Shown: piece after piece, positions 1 to 10,585 of the stretch | Position numbering within the stretch: the first letter of the stretch is position 1 | Layout: every line of letters starts with the position of its first letter | Source of the DNA: Legionellales bacterium | GTDB lineage: Bacteria; Pseudomonadota; Gammaproteobacteria; UBA1113 | Reading direction: 5' to 3' | DNA length: 64,000 nucleotides | Assembly: GCA_002707205.1 (NCBI GenBank) | Contig: PAMH01000013.1 | Location: 65,523-129,522 of the forward strand | The notes under the pieces: model-generated | What the model saw: the letters and a program-made list of their open reading frames with translations, nothing else | Told to the model about the DNA's origin: nothing | Databases searched by the model: none | Program-made: the position numbers and the translations under genes

Positions 1-180
1 TGTATTCTATGAGTTACGCATACTTAAAATTTTGCGTACGTACTACTTATACTGAGGGAATTAACGGTTTTATTCTGTTGCTATTGCTTTCAATGAGGAC
101 AAGTATCTACTCTAATAAAATTTAGTATTTATGTGAGCACCAATACTAAGAGATAGGCGCGATTGAAACGCCCAATTTTT

Positions 181-438
181 TTATTTATTTTTTTCAAGCG
201 TTTCTAACTTAATACTTAATTGTTCGAGTTTCGCACGTGTTCTTTCTAGGACTTTTACTTGCGCATCAAACTCTTCGCGAGTTACTAAATCCATTTTATC
301 AAATGCGCCCATCAAGACAGTTTTGAAATTTTTTTCCATATCCTGCTTCAAGCTATGCAAACTATCCGGCAAAACTGCACTTAATTTTTTAGCAAGCTCA
401 TCAAAAAACTGTGGACTACATTTTTTAGGATCTAACAT
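181..438 (-). CDS. ubiK: Ubiquinone biosynthesis accessory factor UbiK (YqiC/BMFP family)
   Basis: 85-aa protein starting MLDPKK, with a ...DLVTREEFDAQ...LE coiled-coil; closely resembles E. coli YqiC (MIDPKKIE...DLVSREEFDVQ). Confidence 0.75.
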   Translation of the reverse strand: MLDPKKCSPQFFDELAKKLSAVLPDSLHSLKQDMEKNFKTVLMGAFDKMDLVTREEFDAQVKVLERTRAKLEQLSIKLETLEKNK

Positions 439-485
439 AATTTCCTCTAAAATAATTTTTAGACATTTTTTTAATTATATACTTA

Positions 486-663
486 AATTACCTCAAAATG
501 TGAAATTTAAACAATTTTTTTGTGGTTAAATATTTTGAAGCCAAGAATAACTCATAATTATACACTGAAGGGCATTCAGGCGTGAAAATAATAATATAAC
601 AAGCCAACAAAGCTTAAAATAAACACGTGATGTTTTGTTAAAAATTGCATTTTGAGGTAATTT
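486..663. repeat. MITE-like element bounded by ~16-17 bp terminal inverted repeats (AAATTACCTCAAAATGTG ... GCATTTTGAGGTAATTT)
   Basis: Read directly: the left arm at 486..502 is the reverse complement of the right arm at 647..663, with ~145 bp between them. The same 16-mer CATTTTGAGGTAATTT recurs at 18762..18777. Confidence 0.4.
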
Positions 664-672
664 GGGTATAAT
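645..672 (+). promoter_or_regulatory. Sigma70-like promoter: -35 TTGCAT (645-650), 16-bp spacer, -10 TATAAT (667-672)
   Basis: Near-consensus hexamers with canonical spacing ~30 bp upstream of the 703 ORF/glnB; the -35 overlaps the right arm of the inverted-repeat element. Confidence 0.4.
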
Positions 673-702
673 AGTACTATTAATCCTAATAAATTTAATT
701 CA

Positions 703-1343
<641 letters not shown>

Positions 1344-1356
1344 ATTTTAGCAATAA

Positions 1357-2562
1357 CTACATGCGTAATGTTTGTATTGGTTGTAATTGCGCTGCTTGAT
1401 ATGCGGGATAAAATCCAAAAAAAATACCGACCATAACCGAAATAAAAAAACCGACAAAGATAGGTAATAACAAAAATTGAAATGTCCACTTCGCAAATAA
1501 CGCAATTAGACTCGTCACTAATACACCAAGAATAATACCAAGTATACCTCCCATTAAACTCAAAATAATGGACTCTATGAGAAATAAAATTTGTATATCT
1601 TTATTTTTGGCACCTATGGCTTTTCGCAAACCTATTTCACTCCGGCGCTCAACCATTGAAACCAACATAACATTCATTATGCCAATACCACCAACCAACA
1701 ATGAAATGCTACCAATTAGGCCTAACATCAATGTTAATATTTTCTTTTGATTTACCATACTCAATACCAACTTTCTAGCACTCTGAAAATAATACTGTTG
1801 CTCTGGTAGTCGACGATTAATATAAATGCGAATTTTTTTCTGAACTAATGCCAAATTTGTATTTTTGTATAATTTTAAAATCAAATGATTAATTTCAATA
1901 TACTTTGACAGCCTGAGAGAACTTTGAATAGGAATAACAATCGCATGATTAATATCTTGATTAAAGAAATTATTTTCTTGCCACTTTTTTGCAATACCAA
2001 CTATTGTAAAATAGCTGTTATTCAATTTTATTTGTGTACCAATTAATGATTGCAGTCCATTTTTCCTCAATTGTTTTGCAATGGCATTTCCTAGCACACA
2101 ATACATTGTTTTCTTATCAAAAATAGTCAATATCCTACCATTGGAACTGTATATTTTTAGTATATTTTCTAATTGAGTATCTGCACCAACTATTGCAGCA
2201 TTTATCTTATTTCCACCATATGTCACTGGCACAAACGTTGTGGTGTATCCTGATATTGCTTTAACTGCTTTAATCTTAAATGGCATTTCGGAAATTTGAA
2301 TTAATGACAAATGTTGTGATAGATTATTTTGCTTTGCATCTGCGCTTTGATAAAAAGAAATTGAAAGTAAATCTGTCCCTAATTGCTGAAATTGCGCTAA
2401 AGCTTGCGCTGTTGCAAGCTGACCACATGAGACCATTGCAACGACTGATGCTGTACCAACAAGCATACCTAAAATAGCAAGAGAAGCCCGCAATTTATTT
2501 AACCATAAGTTCATACAGGCTTCTTGTGCTTGCTGAAACCAGTATATAAAGTTGTTATGCAT
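1357..2562 (-). CDS. ABC transporter permease, FtsX/MacB-type
   Basis: N-terminal ...NKLRASLAILGMLVGTASVV, a large periplasmic domain, and 3 C-terminal TM helices (FtsX fold). Start trimmed to an internal Met to avoid overlapping the ATPase; the exact start is uncertain (2514-2634). Confidence 0.75.
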   Translation of the reverse strand: MHNNFIYWFQQAQEACMNLWLNKLRASLAILGMLVGTASVVAMVSCGQLATAQALAQFQQLGTDLLSISFYQSADAKQNNLSQHLSLIQISEMPFKIKAVKAISGYTTTFVPVTYGGNKINAAIVGADTQLENILKIYSSNGRILTIFDKKTMYCVLGNAIAKQLRKNGLQSLIGTQIKLNNSYFTIVGIAKKWQENNFFNQDINHAIVIPIQSSLRLSKYIEINHLILKLYKNTNLALVQKKIRIYINRRLPEQQYYFQSARKLVLSMVNQKKILTLMLGLIGSISLLVGGIGIMNVMLVSMVERRSEIGLRKAIGAKNKDIQILFLIESIILSLMGGILGIILGVLVTSLIALFAKWTFQFLLLPIFVGFFISVMVGIFFGFYPAYQAAQLQPIQTLRM

Positions 2563-3241
2563 ACTTATCACTGACAATAACGCCATCTGAAAGATGTATA
2601 ATACGAGGGCATTGTGCTGCAATTTTTCTATCATGCGTTACAATAATAATTGTAACATTTTGTTTTTGATTTAAATGCATAAATAACGCTATAATTTCTT
2701 TCCCTGTACTTGAGTCTAATGCACCAGTTGGCTCATCTGCTAAAATAATGCTCGGACTTCCAACAAGCGCCCTAGCAATAGCAACTCGTTGCTGTTGCCC
2801 CCCTGATAAAACATTTGGTCTATGATTAGCATATTGAGATATGTCCATATAACACAATATTCGATATGCACTTATCAAACGCTTTGATGTTTGAATACCA
2901 CGATAAAATAAAGGCAAAGCTACATTTTCTAATACCGTTAATTTAGGTAATAAATAAAAAGACTGAAAAACAAAGCCTATTGTTTGATTACGAATCGTTG
3001 CAAGTTTATCTTCGCTTAAATGAATTAACGGTTGATGATTCAAGAAATATTGACCTTCATCTGGTTGATCTAACAAACCTATAATATTCATTAATGTTGA
3101 TTTTCCTGATCCTGATACACCTGTAATCGCGATAAGTTCACCTGACATTATTTGTAAATTAATATTACTGAGTACAGCATGTTGATGCTGAGCAAAATTA
3201 TATTTTTTAGTGATGTTCTTTAAATCAATTAGAATAGACAA
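2555..3241 (-). CDS. ABC transporter ATP-binding protein (MacB/LolD-like)
   Basis: Walker A GVSGSGKST, signature LSGGQQQRVAIARAL, Walker B ILADEPTGALD. Likely TTG start at 3241 preceded by AGGAGA; the tracked ORF extends further upstream. Confidence 0.85.
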   Translation of the reverse strand: MSILIDLKNITKKYNFAQHQHAVLSNINLQIMSGELIAITGVSGSGKSTLMNIIGLLDQPDEGQYFLNHQPLIHLSEDKLATIRNQTIGFVFQSFYLLPKLTVLENVALPLFYRGIQTSKRLISAYRILCYMDISQYANHRPNVLSGGQQQRVAIARALVGSPSIILADEPTGALDSSTGKEIIALFMHLNQKQNVTIIIVTHDRKIAAQCPRIIHLSDGVIVSDKYA

Positions 3242-4370
3242 TAATATCTCCTGCCTGTAACCCAGATAAAACAACCACTTTACTAATGGTTGTTTCACCA
3301 ACAACTACAGGTACAATTCTACTTTCTTTATCATTTGAATTTTTTAAATAGACATAGGGCTTATTTTTCCTTAAAAAAATAGCGTTTAATGGTATCATCA
3401 ACCTTGGTTTTTTGGTTAAATCAATTTCCACTTTAACGCTCATGCCGACAGCAATAATTTTCTTGGCAATGTTGGAGAGGTGGTTGACAGTTATAATAAC
3501 AGGAAAAGCTGGAATGCCATTTATATCTTTATTTGCTTGTTTACTGATTGCGGTTACATGTCCAATTAATACGATATTGGGAAATGCAATGCCGGTTATT
3601 TTTGCCTTAAGCCCTCGCTTTATTTGATTGATCTTAGCTTCATCAACGTTAATTTTAATAGATAGTTGTTGCATATCACCTATTGATACTAGCGACTGGC
3701 CAATTTTTACAAGACTACCTTTTTCTAAATTGTTAATATTTTTCGTCATCAATACGATACCACTATTAGTAGCATAAATAGGAAATTCATCTGTTTTTCT
3801 CATCAACAACTTATTAATTTCTCTATGATTTAAATTTTCATATAAAGATAATTTGGTTGTTATTCCCATTTCTTTAAATATTTTATACATTGCATACTGC
3901 GCTTGTAATAGTGACATGTACGCTTCCTGCTTTGCATCTTTTTTAGAAAAATACTCATCATCAGCAATATAATTTAAAGTTCTTAAATACTTTGCTGCAG
4001 TAAATTGCCTTTTTTTCTCTTTATAATCATTTAACATTTTCAAATAATTACTCAATGTTATTTGATAGCGCTGTTGTAAGCTTGATGACTGAATCAAAAA
4101 AATTTTTTGTCCTTTTTTAACATATTCACCATCATGAAATATTTTTTTTTTAATAATTCCATCTGCTGGACTAGTTATCATATTCGTCGTTTTTGGTGCT
4201 ATTAATCCCGAAAAATAATACCGCGTTAATAACGCCTGCTTCTCAACTTGATAATATTGTTTTGTGTTTGGTTTTGTATTTGAGTAGGACTTAAATATAT
4301 AAATAGATATCAAAATGACTAAAAATATAATAACACAACAACTTACTAATATTTTTATTTTTCGCATCAA
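3225..4370 (-). CDS. Efflux membrane fusion protein (HlyD/MacA family periplasmic adaptor)
   Basis: N-terminal TM anchor, long coiled-coil region, C-terminal beta-barrel/lipoyl-like segments; sits between the OMP and the ABC ATPase. Confidence 0.75.
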   Translation of the reverse strand: MMRKIKILVSCCVIIFLVILISIYIFKSYSNTKPNTKQYYQVEKQALLTRYYFSGLIAPKTTNMITSPADGIIKKKIFHDGEYVKKGQKIFLIQSSSLQQRYQITLSNYLKMLNDYKEKKRQFTAAKYLRTLNYIADDEYFSKKDAKQEAYMSLLQAQYAMYKIFKEMGITTKLSLYENLNHREINKLLMRKTDEFPIYATNSGIVLMTKNINNLEKGSLVKIGQSLVSIGDMQQLSIKINVDEAKINQIKRGLKAKITGIAFPNIVLIGHVTAISKQANKDINGIPAFPVIITVNHLSNIAKKIIAVGMSVKVEIDLTKKPRLMIPLNAIFLRKNKPYVYLKNSNDKESRIVPVVVGETTISKVVVLSGLQAGDIIVYSN

Positions 4371-5839
4371 TACCGTACCTTAATATGCCATTGATTTAAA
4401 ATGGTACCCATATCTGAATATAATTGTGTTTGAGCATTAAGATAAGCGATTTTTTGTTGTAAGAGCTGTACCCTTGCTTGATCTAATTGTTGTTGTTTTG
4501 TGGTTACTTCAAAAGTGCTCACTAGCCCATATTTTAACTTTGCTTGTAAGTACTTTTGATTTTCACGTTGTAATTTTAAGGTTGTTTTTGCTATTTTAAT
4601 TGCATCATAACTTGTTTCTATTGTATCTGTATCTGCAATTAATGTGAGTTTGAGGTTTCTGGCTAAAGTTGCTAATTTTATAGCATCTTGATTTAAAATC
4701 ACTTTATCGTTAATAATAGCTTGCTTGAGTGTATAATTATCAATGGGAATATTAAGATTAACTAACGCGCTAAAATGTTTTTCATCATTATATATTTTAT
4801 GCTCATACTCAACCGTTGAGTTTGTATCAACAACCCCATATTTTTCAGCCTCTAAAGTCAAATTAAGTTGTGTTCGCGCTGCATCTTTATCAACTAAAAA
4901 TTGTCGTTTATCAAGGGTTAATTGTATGGCTTGAGATAAATAAGTAATATTATTTTTTAAACTTATTGCCAAAATCTTATTAATATCTGCCTGTTGCCTT
5001 TTATTTATTTTAATGTTTTTGGGTACAATAATTTTTGTTTGTGCAGGCAAGCCAATTACTCTTAATAAATTGAGTCTATCTTGCTTAACAATATTTTTAT
5101 CATTTTTTAATGTAAACTGCATTTGCGTATATTCAGCTTTTGTTTGAATAACTTCCGTTGGCGCTTGTCTTCCAGCTTTGATTAATGCATTATTTAACTT
5201 AATAGTTTGTGCGTAATCTTTTAATGATAATTTATCAATCACAATGTTATTTTGATCTATAACGAATTGTCGATATGCAGTGATGACTGCGACGACTGCT
5301 TGAATTAGTGCGCTACGTAAATTTAATTGATTAATTTTTTCAGACTGTGTTGCTGAATATAAACTTGCTGTCGCTACTTTTTTACCAAATCCACGCATCA
5401 ATGGTTGCGTGAGTTTTAAGTCAATACCTGGATGATAAATCCCATTAATAATGGGATTGTTTAAACTCATAGAATAAGTTGTACCCAGCACTCCTGTACG
5501 ATGAACCGTTGGCGTTAGTGTCGTAGTGAGCGAACTATTTTGTTGAGCTGCTATTTGATTATCTGTTTGCGCTAAACTGGCAGTCAATGCATATTGAAAT
5601 TCAAAATTGTTTTTAGCTAATTTTAAAGCAAATTTATCTGCCACACGTTGAATTTCTGCATTCTTGACATCAGGATTATATCTTAACGCTAACAAAATTG
5701 CTTCGTGCAAACTTAAACGCTTATAAACAGTATGTCTGTCATACTTGCTCTTTTTTACATGTTGATTATTGATAATGGCATCCGTTTTTGTGACAGGAAA
5801 AAGTAAATATACCAATAATAATGCTAATTTTTTACGCAA
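4367..5839 (-). CDS. TolC-like outer membrane efflux protein
   Basis: Signal peptide, 490 aa, two repeated coiled-coil/beta halves typical of the OEP family. First gene of the OMP-MFP-ABC-permease operon, with a 4-nt overlap onto the MFP gene. Confidence 0.75.
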   Translation of the reverse strand: MRKKLALLLVYLLFPVTKTDAIINNQHVKKSKYDRHTVYKRLSLHEAILLALRYNPDVKNAEIQRVADKFALKLAKNNFEFQYALTASLAQTDNQIAAQQNSSLTTTLTPTVHRTGVLGTTYSMSLNNPIINGIYHPGIDLKLTQPLMRGFGKKVATASLYSATQSEKINQLNLRSALIQAVVAVITAYRQFVIDQNNIVIDKLSLKDYAQTIKLNNALIKAGRQAPTEVIQTKAEYTQMQFTLKNDKNIVKQDRLNLLRVIGLPAQTKIIVPKNIKINKRQQADINKILAISLKNNITYLSQAIQLTLDKRQFLVDKDAARTQLNLTLEAEKYGVVDTNSTVEYEHKIYNDEKHFSALVNLNIPIDNYTLKQAIINDKVILNQDAIKLATLARNLKLTLIADTDTIETSYDAIKIAKTTLKLQRENQKYLQAKLKYGLVSTFEVTTKQQQLDQARVQLLQQKIAYLNAQTQLYSDMGTILNQWHIKVRY

Positions 5840-6208
5840 TGCATTTGCCTACAATAAATGACCAAGGAAATCTTAAATCATGCATTTTGTGGGTATTATA
5901 CCTATAATAAATAGATTTTCAAGCTTTTTGTCAATATACCATTGAAAAAAACTATTTATAATAAAATTTATCGTAATTAGTACTTACATGCAGTGAGTAT
6001 CAGATTAATACTAATATGAAAATCCAAGGTAGGTATTTATGTCAAAAACATTACGTCTACAATCCAAGCAATAGAAACTCGTTTTAACCAAAAACATCCC
6101 ATTGATTTTCAGGAAATGATAACATTAGGTGTTAATTTGTATGATGCTTATTTGCCTGATATTAAGTGCACGCAAAAACAGTTGTATACGCAATATTATG
6201 ATGTTCAG

Positions 6209-9193
6209 TTATGGAAAAATAAGTCGCTCTTTAACCATAATTTTAGCAAGATAACTTGCCATAACACGTGTAATTGACATTAATACATCTGGCACATCTT
6301 CTAAAATACGATCAAAGGTTACTTTATCTAAACAAAGTAATTGACAAGCAGTCAATGCTTTCGCACTTGCATAATATGGTTTATTTTGAATGATGCCCAT
6401 AAATCCAAAAAAGTCATATTGTTTATAATCAATTAATGTATTTTTATCTCGCACTAAAGCAACTTCACCTTGTGCAATAATATACAAACCGTCCGCAATA
6501 TCACCTTGTGCATAAATTACATCGTCTTTTTCAAAATTTAAAATATCGGCTTCTTCGGCAATAGCCAGTAGAGTCTCGCCAGGCAATTCCTTAAATAACT
6601 CACATTGTCTTAAAATAATTACTTTTTCTAAAGATTCCATCACTTCACCTCGCTTGCGTGATTGTACGTAGTTGACCATCGTCATTAACCAAAGATCATG
6701 AGCAATCACTTGACTCAATGTTGCTGTACTACTAGCTTCATTTAGATCATCAAAAATTTCGCCTAAGATTTTTTTCTGCTCACTTGTGGTTAGGTATGCC
6801 TCAATAAGTTCTAATGCCGTGTTTATGTTGTGTGTATTATTTTGGCTAATTGCCTGTGTTAAATTAGGCAAGATAGGTAATATCTTTTCAGTATTACTTA
6901 TCACAGAAAGCAAATATAAAAAGCTTTTCTTTGCCCAAAATATTCGCATGCTTAATTCTTTTTCTAAAAAGGGTTCTGCTGTAGATTTTGCAAAATGTAA
7001 AGTAATAATATATTCGGCTAATTGCTTAATAATATTAAAAATCTTATCTCGACTTTTAAGATCAATTGCTTGTGATTTACACCGGTAAGCAAAATATTTT
7101 GCTAATTGATATCGCTCAAAAAAATCTAAATTTTCAAGTAAATCAATGATGAAGACTTCACTTTGAGGCGTTTTAATTTGATTAATAATCTTCGCTGCAT
7201 TAACAATATTTTTTAATGAACTGTGTTTATTCATTTGTTCAATTAATGGTACTAATAGTGGATCACCAAATTTATCAGCTAACTTAAGAACGTGATAAAT
7301 CACTGCGTTTCGATTAAATTGTGCAGCTACTGCCGATATGATTTTTTCACTTTTTATTTTTGATGCTGCATACAATGCATTAATACATACGATATCTGAT
7401 TTATCATTAACTAATTTCACAAGTTCATTAGATAAATTTCCTACTGGTAAATCACCAATGATTTTAGCCGCTTCCGCTCTATCTACTGGGTGTTGGCTTT
7501 GCATTAGTTGGGCAATCGTATCAATCGCACTTTTTACTTCTTGAAAATTCCCTTTTTGTAAAAGCAAATAGGCACAAAAAGCTCGCAAAGCTGGATCTTC
7601 ATTAGTTATCAATTTTTTTGCATAAAGCAGTGTTTTTGCTTCATCGATATTTTTTATGATTTTTAGTAATGCTAATTTTATTTGACTCTGCTTCTCAACA
7701 CGCATTCGTTTATCAATTATTTTTACCAAGCTAGGATCATTTATTTCACAGGATAATTTAGCCACCGCAAAAAATAAAGCTTCTGAATCATGTTCTAGCC
7801 AGTACTTTAATTCTTTGGGTAATGCAGATTTATATTTTGCTTTTTTAAGGATACTAATACCTAATAAATTAAGACCTATATCATGACTTCTAATGGTACT
7901 TGATAATATTTCATCATAATTATCTGCCGCTTCTAATTGTAACAGTAAGTCATCAGATTTAAATCGTTTTAATAATAATTGATCACTCAATTCTTTTTTA
8001 TATTGTAATTTAATTTGATAGGCTAAATAGATTAAAATAACAGAAGTAAATATTATAAAAATAACATTAGCATATAATCCAAATAGTTTACTCATCATTA
8101 AAATAATAATTGAACCAGCTATTGCACCCACCGTATTTGCAAAGCCTTTAATTAATGACTTTGCTTTGGCGCGCACTAATGGTGGTAAAACATTTAATGA
8201 AATTTCCCGAGCCAAGTTAAATAGTGAATAATAAATACTTAAATTAATTACAAACAATATTGTAGCCGTTGTAAGGCTAGGGTGTATTAAGTAAATGATA
8301 GCTGAAACGATGACAGCAATTGGTGTTGAATATAAAATTCCACCAGCACCAAACCACCGAAGAAATGGCTTCATCAAAAATAACTGTGCACTAAGCACAA
8401 AAATATTTGCAGTCGCATAGAGTGTTGCCATATAACTAGCAATATCATTTGAATTATTTGTTTTGGCAACAGTGCCTTTTACAACAAAATCAATTAAGGT
8501 ATTAGATAACAGTAATACTGCCACATAAAGAAATAGCCAAATAAAAATTTTATGTTGATTAATGTTGCTGGCGTATTGCTTTTTATTTAAAGATGTTTTT
8601 GCATTTATCATGATAGGCATATTTGATACCGGAATGATAAATAGCAATAACAAAAATATAATAAAATAAACCAATACATTGACGCCATAAGCATGTATCG
8701 CTAGCGGTAAAAGATAACCTAGCCCAATACCAAAAAGCGTACCTACTGCACTAAATAATCGGCTATTTTCTTTGAACTCTCGCATGGTAAATGTCCATGC
8801 AACAAAATTCCATGCAATAATTGCATTCATCGCACTAATTGTTGTCAATATTGCACAATAGATTAAAGTAAAATAATTCCAATCATGCCCAATTATTAAA
8901 TAAAAAATAATTAATGCTGTACTTAAAACCTCTATAAAAAAACAAAACTTTTTAGGTTGATTAGCAATAATATTACGTGTGGAAAATGTAACTAACATTA
9001 AAATAATGGCTTGTGAAAAATATAAATATGATAAAGAGGATGCAGGATAAGCATTCAAGAAAATTGTTGTAACATATGTGTTAATTAAAATTGTTAGTGA
9101 TATGGCAATCGTAATAACAATAGTTGATAAAAGAAAAGTCCTTGCTAAAACTTTATTTAATAAGCGATTTTTACTTTTCATTGCGTCAAACAT
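6209..9193 (-). CDS. Three-domain fusion: ~390-aa polytopic transporter-like domain (MFS/TLC-like) + HEAT (PBS-lyase-type) repeats + C-terminal cyclic-nucleotide-binding domain
   Basis: N-terminal ~10-12 TM helices; central repeats of the type DPALRAFCAYLL / HPVDRAEAAKIIGDL; C-terminus FKELPGETLLAIAEEADILNFEKDDVIYAQGDIADGLYIIAQGEV matches the cNMP-binding (CAP-family effector) fold. Confidence 0.6.
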   Translation of the reverse strand: MFDAMKSKNRLLNKVLARTFLLSTIVITIAISLTILINTYVTTIFLNAYPASSLSYLYFSQAIILMLVTFSTRNIIANQPKKFCFFIEVLSTALIIFYLIIGHDWNYFTLIYCAILTTISAMNAIIAWNFVAWTFTMREFKENSRLFSAVGTLFGIGLGYLLPLAIHAYGVNVLVYFIIFLLLLFIIPVSNMPIMINAKTSLNKKQYASNINQHKIFIWLFLYVAVLLLSNTLIDFVVKGTVAKTNNSNDIASYMATLYATANIFVLSAQLFLMKPFLRWFGAGGILYSTPIAVIVSAIIYLIHPSLTTATILFVINLSIYYSLFNLAREISLNVLPPLVRAKAKSLIKGFANTVGAIAGSIIILMMSKLFGLYANVIFIIFTSVILIYLAYQIKLQYKKELSDQLLLKRFKSDDLLLQLEAADNYDEILSSTIRSHDIGLNLLGISILKKAKYKSALPKELKYWLEHDSEALFFAVAKLSCEINDPSLVKIIDKRMRVEKQSQIKLALLKIIKNIDEAKTLLYAKKLITNEDPALRAFCAYLLLQKGNFQEVKSAIDTIAQLMQSQHPVDRAEAAKIIGDLPVGNLSNELVKLVNDKSDIVCINALYAASKIKSEKIISAVAAQFNRNAVIYHVLKLADKFGDPLLVPLIEQMNKHSSLKNIVNAAKIINQIKTPQSEVFIIDLLENLDFFERYQLAKYFAYRCKSQAIDLKSRDKIFNIIKQLAEYIITLHFAKSTAEPFLEKELSMRIFWAKKSFLYLLSVISNTEKILPILPNLTQAISQNNTHNINTALELIEAYLTTSEQKKILGEIFDDLNEASSTATLSQVIAHDLWLMTMVNYVQSRKRGEVMESLEKVIILRQCELFKELPGETLLAIAEEADILNFEKDDVIYAQGDIADGLYIIAQGEVALVRDKNTLIDYKQYDFFGFMGIIQNKPYYASAKALTACQLLCLDKVTFDRILEDVPDVLMSITRVMASYLAKIMVKERLIFP

Positions 9194-9321
9194 AAGCTTC
9201 CTTTAATTGGTTTTAAACCGTGCTTTAAAGTGGCTTGAACTTTTAACATTTAGCTTCACCGATAAACACATTAACCTTATTATCTTTATAGAACTTTACT
9301 TTTCAGCAGTTACCATATTTA

Positions 9322-10524
9322 TTATAAAGATAAAATTTCAGTTTTTTCGACTAATTGCATTAGACCTCGTCGATAAAATATTAATGCTTCTTCTTTTTCT
9401 CCGAGGTACTCTAATAATTTAGCCAACTCAGCACATGCATCTGCGTTTTCTTCCAAATCTAAACATTGTTGTAAGTAAGCTCTGGCTTTTCCCCAAAGTT
9501 GATTACGTAAACACAAACGCCCTAAACATAAATATAACGCTGGACTTGAACCATATTGCTTTAACCATACTTCTGCACGCTCTAGTTGTTTCTCAGGATA
9601 ACTTGTCTTTAATAATCCATAACGAGTCACATAACTATTATCCCAATCTTGTCGAATAACATCGAATAAAAGATTTTCTGCCAATTCATCTTGAGATAGT
9701 TGATGTAATGCATCTACATAAGGTAAAACCACGTCGCGAGATTTTCTTAAATACTTCGGCATTTCTTGCCATAACTGATTCAATGCCTCTAGGTTTAATT
9801 GTTGTTGTGCTTGTTCAATTAAGTGTCTATAAACTTGCGTTTCTAATACTTGATATTTTTCTGGTTTTATTGCCTTACGTTTTTTCAATTCAGGTAATAA
9901 CTCTCTTAATGCTTGCCAATCTTTTAATTCACAATATAAATTTTTAAGCATTTTTAATACAAACACGTGTTTAGGTTCTAAGTGTTGTAAATGTCTTAAC
10001 GTTGCAAGACTATGTTCTAATTGTTTATGGCTTAATTGTAACTGTGCTTGTGTTAATCCAACGGCCACCTCAGATCCTGGCGTACTTTCATGTGCTTTTT
10101 TTAGATATTCATCTCGACGATCATAAGCACCTTGCTCTTGTGCAGCTCTTGCAGAAGCTAAATAATTAATTAAGGGGGCACTATTTTGATCAATTGATTT
10201 CATCAGTAAATGTTCTGCATTCGCCCATTTTCCTTCAGCTAATTCTAACAGACCACGTTTTGTTGTTCGGTGAGATTGTTGTTGCTTATATTGTCGACGC
10301 CATACACTAAATCGTTTTGCTAACGCGCTAGTACCACGAATTAATAACAATAAATTATAAATAATTAAAAAAGATAAAATGAAAAGAATACCAGCAACCC
10401 ATAATGGCATTTGCACAGTCCAATGACTATAAGCAAATAATGCATAACCAGGATCCTTTGCCATTAAAACCCCTGCTATTAATGCAAGAATAAATATCAT
10501 TAAATAAAATAAATATTTTTTCAT
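9322..10524 (-). CDS. hemY: HemY-like heme biosynthesis-associated TPR membrane protein
   Basis: N-terminal TM helices followed by LLELAEGKWANAEHLL...NYLASARAAQEQG, aligning with E. coli HemY; last gene of hemCDXY. Confidence 0.8.
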   Translation of the reverse strand: MKKYLFYLMIFILALIAGVLMAKDPGYALFAYSHWTVQMPLWVAGILFILSFLIIYNLLLLIRGTSALAKRFSVWRRQYKQQQSHRTTKRGLLELAEGKWANAEHLLMKSIDQNSAPLINYLASARAAQEQGAYDRRDEYLKKAHESTPGSEVAVGLTQAQLQLSHKQLEHSLATLRHLQHLEPKHVFVLKMLKNLYCELKDWQALRELLPELKKRKAIKPEKYQVLETQVYRHLIEQAQQQLNLEALNQLWQEMPKYLRKSRDVVLPYVDALHQLSQDELAENLLFDVIRQDWDNSYVTRYGLLKTSYPEKQLERAEVWLKQYGSSPALYLCLGRLCLRNQLWGKARAYLQQCLDLEENADACAELAKLLEYLGEKEEALIFYRRGLMQLVEKTEILSL

Positions 10525-10585
10525 TCATTACCTCAAGTAGATCTAAAATTTATGCGCTAGATCATGTCAATTTAAAAAATACCAA

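Noticed and set aside
155-190. GGCG...CGCC stem followed by a T-run, read as a plus-strand terminator
   Set aside because: The stem is only 4 bp and no upstream plus-strand gene is visible in the window; for ubiK (minus strand) the T-run is on the wrong side.
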